Positions 6,601 through 10,628 of a stretch of DNA of 10,628 bases are shown piece after piece (the stretch's first letter is position 1; each line of letters begins with the position of its first letter). The notes beneath the pieces were generated by a model that was not told the origin of the DNA, searched no databases, and worked only from the letters and a program-made list of their open reading frames with translations. The position numbers and the translations under genes were made by a program. Source of the DNA: Elusimicrobiota bacterium (GTDB lineage: Bacteria > Elusimicrobiota > Elusimicrobia > JACQJN01); contig JACQJM010000147.1 in NCBI GenBank assembly GCA_016205045.1, forward strand, positions 1 through 10,628, given 5' to 3'.

Positions 6601-7820
6601 CCTGGTTTGGGGCGGGGTCTAGTCTCGGATGCCGTTTTTGAGTCAGGTTCTGGAGTAGGAGGACTTGTCGCTTGGCTCGTTTTAGGATGGGCATTGCTGC
6701 GGACAAAAGTCTTTCTGGCCCAGTCGCGCACCCTTGAGGTCCAGCTAGGAGGTTTCAAGCCTGGATATCGGGTTTCCAGTTCTGCTTTTTCCGACTCTAA
6801 TTCCTGGATGCGTTGCAGAGAGCGTTTACCGCTGACCCGGGATGGGCCTATCCTATCTAAATATAAGGAAACTCGAGTGTCGCGAATCCGTGCCGCTTCA
6901 GCCATTTTCAAGTAGGAGAGACTTTCCGTGACTTCTCTGTATTTTTGAACGGCATCCAGGGGAATCGTTTGAGGGGATGACAGATTTTTTACCGGCTCTG
7001 CAGTGCGAAGATTATCTAGAGTTTGGCGACGAATACTCCTTTGTAAAGGGTCAACGATCCCACCCAACCCGGGGTTAATGCGTCCACCCTCATTGACCAT
7101 GTCCATAGACCCTGTTGAACCGTCATCTGACCCTGTGTGCCCTGGGGCGATGGCTTGGGTGGTGCGTTCCATGGAAGCGGTTGTGGCTTCGCTCCTCATT
7201 CTGGAAACTGTTATTTTCACCGATTGGGCCAAGTCAGAAATAATAGAGCCTTTAGGGGAGAGATCCTTGGGGTGGGCAAAGTACATCAAAAGACCGCTGA
7301 GTTGGGAATCTAACTGAGTCAAATCAGTTAGGGCGTGTTCCCGGGCTTTGTACTCTTGGTCACGGGCAGAGATAGCTTCTTCCATGTCAGGGGCAGCAGC
7401 TTTGGCGGCATCTTCCAGTGTTTCTAATATTTTTCCCTGTTTATGAGAGTCGAACGTGGCGATGCGATCTAATTCTTGGCGGAATTTTCTAGGAAGATGA
7501 GAAATTAAAGGAGCTATGACAATGCGTCCTTCCTGGTAGTAATTTAATCGGGCTAGAGGAGCAATGAAGGGATACCGGACTTGTAGTTCTTTGCCAGCGG
7601 GTGAGTTTAAGAATGGCACGAGGTGCTCCGCAAAACTCTGGCCCCATCCCTTGGAAGCGGGATCAAACAGAGGTCTTCCGATGGACAGGGGAGCGGCTCC
7701 CCCTGGATTGGCGGTAACCGCTGCCAGGGCCCGGGTAAATTCCGGCCCCAGGGTGGTGACTAAAAGAGCTACTGACAGAATAATGGAGAGTGATTTTTTG
7801 GTTAGTTTGGAATAGTTCAT
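3645..7820 (-). CDS. 1391-aa exported giant membrane protein. It has a signal peptide, a coiled-coil-rich soluble N-domain of about 400 aa, several clusters of transmembrane helices, a HEAT-like helical repeat region and long charged coiled-coil segments. It is a paralog of the 968-aa protein. The family is unknown.
   Basis: Uninterrupted 4.2-kb ORF. An AGGAGA ribosome-binding site lies upstream of the ATG at 7820, and the gap from the HTH gene's stop codon is 20 nt. The N-terminus MNYSKLTKKSLSIILSVALLVTTLGPEFTRALAAV, followed by PLSIGRPLFDPA, matches the 968-aa protein's LLITTLGPEVTRALAAA and IPFGQRIPLFAPA. Both proteins have a KP(G)NIF motif at the transition into the TM domain. A TM module is duplicated internally (LLLLTLLLSALGISLF versus LLTLTLLLSSLGTLFHF). 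Confidence 0.85.
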   Translation of the reverse strand: MNYSKLTKKSLSIILSVALLVTTLGPEFTRALAAVTANPGGAAPLSIGRPLFDPASKGWGQSFAEHLVPFLNSPAGKELQVRYPFIAPLARLNYYQEGRIVIAPLISHLPRKFRQELDRIATFDSHKQGKILETLEDAAKAAAPDMEEAISARDQEYKAREHALTDLTQLDSQLSGLLMYFAHPKDLSPKGSIISDLAQSVKITVSRMRSEATTASMERTTQAIAPGHTGSDDGSTGSMDMVNEGGRINPGLGGIVDPLQRSIRRQTLDNLRTAEPVKNLSSPQTIPLDAVQKYREVTESLSYLKMAEAARIRDTRVSLYLDRIGPSRVSGKRSLQRIQELESEKAELETRYPGLKPPSWTSRVRDWARKTFVRSNAHPKTSQATSPPTPEPDSKTASETRPRPKPGNIFRGWFSLFLTMGLVQGITQLIFPSRSAAQDNGILVPATSSLESLALVAGMIAAGMTALFIFANWDAKSFDRLIATLTDEKSSVKQKQRAIKQAAKLKNPKLAQPILNLIDQEKHEMILYYTLDAVKALLEIGDPQSLEQLRQRVDEELVDWNGTKTGLKRISSVLVVALEDNPLAIQFLTTVKDQEALKTFKKYGIDLLERGIKTAQEYRKYHPPVQSVLNSVGSFYKTHLGVSSLVVGALLGMLPLSSVGIFLLATGLTLAVSSLLVILPVLPSWNSQNFIKDADEILKDTRNYALSTFTIAVLVRVILNPTPAHASELLTQAAASSFSIQGAGIIIGLAFLAAILLGLAFVHQSHHSYLDRKNKQKPETKPGGKSGKVKGLLTLTLLLSSLGTLFHFKTAVADALDGWSEPANSLFQTGFLSQFPLWALITAAVVLAGGITLAGFYYYSSRKNQVWKKSKSAADMVRIEEAQQANNASALDRIGEQARARHKRMTVALDQAKASKAKRVDNATKDPVKLAETYAAFDLLVAARADLNENTVSEDSGSRIGGKLSKIWESELTQKEAPAVSTGFEGSLALLLKSFAAEIDQENNTANTIAENIANFVKKIPPLFKGKMGQQSKKTQAELEGFEKTDIVTEEALYDRFNSAMRKRVSDKIYAQSGEFKTHRDHLDRLSTLFNEKLKPAADLAREIDHHIDSMISHRNSETSYLAMAAMNTNVPVTHTDSKGNTSITYEDHSGMYRALAASEASAAQSEASAANAGLQSLRPMITALQNDETIKAENLGAALPGHAGSSVDAGNGMFMDLLLPPLFGLFSNLFNNGSSARTGFAPVLSTLQAVEKEVASRRNQESNWVDAKIDSDLETQIAKARSERGSVKMGVLLLLTLLLSALGISLFPHLALAENGTSLNGFTVGWGTLSLINAGIAQGKGRSGFNWFLVSLLLGPVATFFLVIDDSNTQEEIKTLKEQVKKLQDKTGIK
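3908..3936. repeat. Intragenic direct repeat inside the 1391-aa gene. The partner copy is at 5411-5439. Identity is 26/29, with an 18-nt exact core gataagaggagtgtgagc.
   Basis: Read from the sequence. On the minus strand both copies encode a poly-Leu TM segment (LLTLLLSALG versus LTLLLSSLG). This indicates an internal module duplication. Confidence 0.7.
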
Positions 7821-7840
7821 GATTTTTTCTTTTCTCCTGG

Positions 7841-8023
7841 TTAATTAACTTCGGTCAGGTACTTCTCAATGGCCACTTGGGAAATTTGGTACTTTCGGCC
7901 GAAGCGCTTCGCCTGGAGTTTACCCGATTTGATGTACTCGTAAATGGTGGCGGGGCTAACCTTGAACTTCTTGGCGAGGTCTTCTACCGTGTAAAACGTC
8001 AAATTGCCTATCGCGATAGACAT
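7841..8023 (-). CDS. 60-aa helix-turn-helix DNA-binding protein of the excisionase family (HTH_17 / AlpA-Xis-like, MerR superfamily). It is the first gene of the minus-strand operon.
   Basis: The sequence MSIAIGNLTFYTVEDLAKKFKVSPATIYEYIKSGKLQAKRFGRKYQISQVAIEKYL fits the excisionase-family HTH pattern: xTveEaAxxLgvSxxTIYrlIrsGxLxAxKxGRxxrIxxxxLxxYL. An AGGAGA ribosome-binding site lies 6 nt upstream of the ATG. The giant gene starts 20 nt after its stop. Confidence 0.8.
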   Translation of the reverse strand: MSIAIGNLTFYTVEDLAKKFKVSPATIYEYIKSGKLQAKRFGRKYQISQVAIEKYLTEVN

Positions 8024-8061
8024 GGATGATCTCCTGCTTAACTTAATTCAGTTAGGTTATG

Positions 8062-8067
8062 AGTATA
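8062..8067 (-). promoter_or_regulatory. Candidate -10 element TATACT for the minus-strand HTH operon, about 40 nt upstream of the HTH ATG
   Basis: Hexamer read from the sequence on the minus strand. No strong -35 element was found. Confidence 0.3.
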
Positions 8068-8145
8068 TTAAAACCGCTCAGCACAGGCATGAGTCCTTTA
8101 GGGTCGTCAGAAGTTGGTAAAAGACCTACGAAATCCTTAGGAAAA

Positions 8146-8168
8146 AGGACCTGGATATCCTGGGTCCT
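8146..8168. promoter_or_regulatory. Near-palindromic operator-like site AGGACC-TGGATATCC-TG-GGTCCT
   Basis: Inverted AGGACC/GGTCCT arms flank a central GGATATCC palindrome. The site lies in the divergent intergenic region. Confidence 0.45.
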
Positions 8169-8216
8169 TGGGGTTCTAAAATTTCGTGGGACTTGCATGG
8201 GACCTAGATCATACAT

Positions 8217-8263
8217 AGGACCTTAGGGTGTGGGGCCCAAATTTGGGATAGGCCCAAGGTCCT
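8217..8263. promoter_or_regulatory. Composite nested palindrome. An outer inverted repeat AGGACCTT...AAGGTCCT encloses a perfect 12-bp palindrome CCCAAATTTGGG (8236-8247). GGCCCAA direct repeats are also present.
   Basis: Read directly from the sequence. The outer arms at 8217-8224 and 8256-8263 are exact reverse complements. The inner palindrome is almost concentric with them. Further GGGAC(C/T)T copies lie at 8188-8205. Confidence 0.5.
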
Positions 8264-8265
8264 AC

Positions 8266-8295
8266 ATATCCACATAGGGGATAACCTGTGGATAA
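8266..8295. promoter_or_regulatory. DnaA-box cluster. It has ATATCCACA (8266-8274, 8/9 match to TTATCCACA), GGGGATAAC (a partial GGATAA half), and a perfect box TGTGGATAA (8287-8295, the reverse complement of TTATCCACA). An AT-rich tract follows.
   Basis: Direct match to the established DnaA-box consensus TTATNCACA. The boxes are in head-to-head arrangement. Flanking AT-rich sequence ctttaaaacatggcttttaatgtaaataatgcaaaaaatt follows. Confidence 0.5.
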
Positions 8296-8349
8296 CTCTT
8301 TAAAACATGGCTTTTAATGTAAATAATGCAAAAAATTAGGGAGATTCTG

Positions 8350-8378
8350 TTGCCTTGAATACCGAATTATGCTAGGAT
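8350..8378 (+). promoter_or_regulatory. Candidate sigma70-type promoter for the SPFH/M28 operon. It has -35 TTGCCT (8350-8355), a 17-nt spacer, and -10 TAGGAT (8373-8378).
   Basis: Hexamers and spacing read from the sequence. The position is about 30 nt upstream of the GGAGG ribosome-binding site and the ATG at 8408. Confidence 0.35.
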
Positions 8379-8407
8379 GACCCATCAAGTAGAAGTAGGA
8401 GGTCCTC

Positions 8408-9178
8408 ATGGCTGACATTTTTCACTTTTTCGGAGTTTCTTCTCCCTTCGTCCTCATTGTTCTTTTCATTGTGTTCAGTGCTATTAAGATCCTCAATGAG
8501 TATGAGCGTGGTGTCGTGTTCACTCTGGGGAGATTCACGGCGGTCAAAGGACCGGGACTGGTTTTGGTGATTCCCGGCATTCAACAGATGACCCGGGTAG
8601 GATTGAGGACGTTAGTTCTGGATGTGCCTCCTCAGGACATCATTACCCGGGACAATATATCCGTCAAGGTGAATGCGGTGGTGTATTACCGAGTGATCGA
8701 TCCAGAAAAGGCCATCATCCAGGTGGAGAACTACCACTACGCCACAAGCCAGCTTTCTCAGACCACGTTGAGGTCGGTTCTGGGACAACAGGAGTTAGAT
8801 GACCTTCTGGCCAACCGGGAGAAGATCAATGCCAGCCTTCAACAAATTTTGGACCAACACGCGGAGCCTTGGGGCATCAAGGTCTCCAACGTGGAGGTGA
8901 AAAATGTGGACCTGCCTCAAGAGATGTTGCGGGCGATTGCTCGGCAGGCTGAGGCGGAGAGGGAAAGAAGAGCCAAGATCATTCATGCGGAAGGAGAATT
9001 CCAGGCTTCTCAAAAGCTGGCGGACGCTGCTCAGATCATCACCAAATCCCCAGGAGCCATTCAACTGAGGTACCTCCAGACGATGACAGAAGTGGCCGGG
9101 GACAAGAGCGCCACCATCATATTTCCCTTCCCGATTGATCTGATCCAGTTGTTCTTAAACAGGAAAAATGACAACTAG
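8408..9178 (+). CDS. SPFH / Band-7 domain membrane protein (stomatin-like, QmcA/YbbK-type slipin)
   Basis: A GGAGG ribosome-binding site lies 5 nt upstream of the ATG. The N-terminus has a TM helix, [23 protein letters not shown]. It is followed by a typical SPFH core ([16 protein letters not shown]...[50 protein letters not shown]...). A C-terminal coiled coil follows ([30 protein letters not shown]). Confidence 0.93.
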   Translation: MADIFHFFGVSSPFVLIVLFIVFSAIKILNEYERGVVFTLGRFTAVKGPGLVLVIPGIQQMTRVGLRTLVLDVPPQDIITRDNISVKVNAVVYYRVIDPEKAIIQVENYHYATSQLSQTTLRSVLGQQELDDLLANREKINASLQQILDQHAEPWGIKVSNVEVKNVDLPQEMLRAIARQAEAERERRAKIIHAEGEFQASQKLADAAQIITKSPGAIQLRYLQTMTEVAGDKSATIIFPFPIDLIQLFLNRKNDN

Positions 9179-10541
9179 AAAGAGTTCCCTAGTTTTAGGT
9201 TTAAGTGCTTTGTTTCTTATCTCCACTCGCTTGTCCTGGGCTCAAGTGGGAAGAGTTAAGGCTGATATCCCCGTCATTCCCAATCCTGTTATTGTTCCAG
9301 CCATCCAGACTCTTCCACCACTCAATTTTCCTCAGCCTCCTGTGACGGCGTTAAGTATTTCCGCATCGCGACCCATGTCTACAGTTCAGTCTATCCGGCC
9401 TCTGGCTCCTACCGCGAGGGTGAGGGTTCCAGCACGACCGTCGCCTGTGATGCAGTCGGTCGGTCATGAAATGGCGGCATTCCAGGGGATTCCTCCCTCT
9501 AATTTAGGAGACCGTTCGGGGTCCCTAAATCGCTTCTACTCCGGCTCGGGTTCCACGGGGCAGCCCCCTTCGGGGCCCGTGGGAGGTTCTTTTAAAGATT
9601 CTATTGAGTCTTTCGTGGAGAAAGCTAAGAGGCGTTTTTATCCCAAGCTCTCTCCTGGCCGAGAAGCTCCTGTTTTTATCCCCGACGCTCTTTTTCAAAC
9701 CGAGGGAGTGCCTACGGATGAGGAAATTCAAAAACGTGTGGAGCTTTCCCCTCTTAGCAACGAAGAAAGATTTAAGGCCATTCGACAAATTTATCTGGAT
9801 GCAGGCGCTAAGCCCGAACAGATGATCGCACAAAAAATAGGAAATCGCGAGGCCTATAACCTGATCGTGACCAAGCCTGGCAAGACGGATCGGGTGATCG
9901 TGATCGGAGGGCATTACGACAAAGTCCGCGCGGGCAAAGGCACCATCGACAACTGGACCGGGGCGACCATGGTGGCCAATGTATTTCAGGCCCTGAAAGA
10001 TGTGGAGTTGGAACACACCATCGTTTTTATGGCGTTTGGGTTGGAGGAAGAAGGAATGGTAGGGTCGAAATATTATGTTCGCAGCCTTCCGAAAGACCAG
10101 TTAGCCAAAATCGATAGAATGCTGAACCTAGACACCATGGCGGTGGACGGCACTTTCTCTTGGCCCAATGGCTCGGATCGGCCTCTCTTAGATCTGGCCA
10201 TAAAGGTAGCCCAAGAGGAAAAATTGGCTCTTAAAGAGCAGCCTCTCTCGGGAGGAGATAGTGATCAAACCAGCTTCCGCAGAGCAGGTGTTCCCGCCAT
10301 GATGCTCTATGGCGCTTCCCCTAGTGTCATCTGGGATATTATTCATACAGACAATGACAACATTGCTGCCTTTTCCTTGCCGCATTATAAAAACGCCTAT
10401 TTATTGTCTCGAGCGTTAATGCTGGCGATGGATAGATTGCCCAACCGCCCTGCATCCCTTGTCTTGGATGGGTTTTTGGAGGCTCCACTGAATCCCTGGT
10501 GGCTCCATTTCCTTACTTCTCCCAGACCTTCTCAACCTTAA
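9168..10541 (+). CDS. Secreted M28-family zinc metallo-aminopeptidase with a signal peptide and a ~160-aa proline-rich N-terminal linker
   Basis: An AGGAAA ribosome-binding site lies 4 nt upstream of the ATG. The ATG overlaps the SPFH stop by 11 nt (ATGACAACTAG). The signal peptide is [25 protein letters not shown]. The M28 motifs are GGHYDKV (His249), GTIDNWTG (Asp261), [13 protein letters not shown] (Glu293/294), NLDTM (Asp322) and IIHTDNDN (His393). All five zinc-ligand positions of the family are therefore present. Confidence 0.9.
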   Translation: MTTRKSSLVLGLSALFLISTRLSWAQVGRVKADIPVIPNPVIVPAIQTLPPLNFPQPPVTALSISASRPMSTVQSIRPLAPTARVRVPARPSPVMQSVGHEMAAFQGIPPSNLGDRSGSLNRFYSGSGSTGQPPSGPVGGSFKDSIESFVEKAKRRFYPKLSPGREAPVFIPDALFQTEGVPTDEEIQKRVELSPLSNEERFKAIRQIYLDAGAKPEQMIAQKIGNREAYNLIVTKPGKTDRVIVIGGHYDKVRAGKGTIDNWTGATMVANVFQALKDVELEHTIVFMAFGLEEEGMVGSKYYVRSLPKDQLAKIDRMLNLDTMAVDGTFSWPNGSDRPLLDLAIKVAQEEKLALKEQPLSGGDSDQTSFRRAGVPAMMLYGASPSVIWDIIHTDNDNIAAFSLPHYKNAYLLSRALMLAMDRLPNRPASLVLDGFLEAPLNPWWLHFLTSPRPSQP

Positions 10542-10558
10542 TATATTCCTATCCTATT

Positions 10559-10628
10559 CATGGCTTCTCATTTTTTTTCAGAAGGCTCAGCTAGTCGAGC
10601 GGAATCCGGCAAGCAGGGCCGTCCGGAG
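10559..10628 (+). CDS. Possible start of a further plus-strand CDS (MASHFFSEGSASRAESGKQGRPE...) running off the window edge
   Basis: ATG at 10559 with the frame open to the window end. There is no convincing ribosome-binding site, and only 23 codons are visible. Confidence 0.2.

Noticed and set aside
791-7815. Numerous 60-150-aa plus-strand ORFs (e.g. 791-982, 1187-1408, 3931-4377, 6595-6915, 7003-7317, 7564-7815) and the minus-strand ORFs 1280-1513 and 6394-6585
   Set aside because: All are nested within the two giant minus-strand CDSs. Those CDSs have continuous 2.9-kb and 4.2-kb reading frames, signal peptides and recognisable domains. The plus-strand ORFs 3353-3598 and 7564-7815 are mirror images of the conserved leader-coding repeat. 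No independent support exists for any of them.
8266-8340. A DnaA-box cluster plus an AT-rich tract could be a chromosomal oriC.
   Set aside because: Only one perfect box and two partial boxes are present. There is no dnaA or dnaN gene nearby, and the flanking genes are an accessory-type operon. A regulatory or titration site is more plausible than an origin.
9525-10016. 163-aa minus-strand ORF inside the M28 peptidase gene
   Set aside because: It lies antisense to a well-supported M28 CDS that has all family motifs. It has no ribosome-binding site and is a typical shadow ORF of a GC-balanced gene. The same reasoning applies to the short ORFs at 8372-8584(-), 8795-9064(-), 9604-9825(+) and 10188-10385(-), which are embedded in the SPFH/M28 genes.
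10266-10274. The M28 protein has SDQ where many M28 aminopeptidases have SDH, which could be a lost zinc ligand.
   Set aside because: On re-checking, the second His ligand of M28 enzymes sits in the C-terminal HTxxD motif. That motif is present here as IIHTDNDN (His393). The SDH histidine is not a metal ligand and is not universally conserved, so all five ligands (H249, D261, E294, D322, H393) appear intact.
10545-10600. A T8 run after the M28 stop codon could be an intrinsic terminator.
   Set aside because: Only a weak 5-bp stem (CTTCT/AGAAG) can be drawn around the T-run. The T-run lies in the loop rather than 3' of a GC-rich stem. It is not a convincing terminator, and a new ORF may start at 10559.

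Overview
The window holds two divergently arranged gene blocks separated by a 384-bp regulatory intergenic region (8024-8407), with moderate GC content. On the minus strand lies a probable three-gene operon. It begins with a 60-aa excisionase-family (HTH_17/AlpA-like) helix-turn-helix regulator (8023->7841). A 1391-aa gene (7820->3645) and a 968-aa gene (3591->685) follow, both encoding signal-peptide-bearing multi-pass membrane proteins. The two giants are paralogous over their first ~60 residues, including a near-identical signal-peptide block TTLGPE[FV]TRALAA, and they share overall architecture. The 968-aa protein carries a canonical RidA/YjgF/TdcF enamine-deaminase domain in its exported portion, which is highly unusual for that family. 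I recognise no family for the rest of either protein. This operon is the best candidate for an undescribed envelope system. On the plus strand, an SPFH/Band-7 stomatin-like membrane protein (8408-9178) overlaps by 11 nt a secreted M28-family zinc aminopeptidase (9168-10541) that has a proline-rich N-terminal linker. This is a stomatin-protease pairing that differs from the classical stomatin-NfeD operon. The intergenic region carries a cluster of DnaA-box matches, one of them perfect, and nested GGACC-based palindromes that look like operators. At the left end, convergent intrinsic terminators (plus strand 130-154, minus strand 161-188) flank a G-quadruplex-type repeat (82-109). A ~480-nt highly structured non-coding region (190-684) with a perfect 11-bp hairpin may be an ncRNA or a long structured 3' UTR, and I could not assign it to a known RNA family. 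Short ORFs from the six-frame track that lie inside the large genes are judged spurious.
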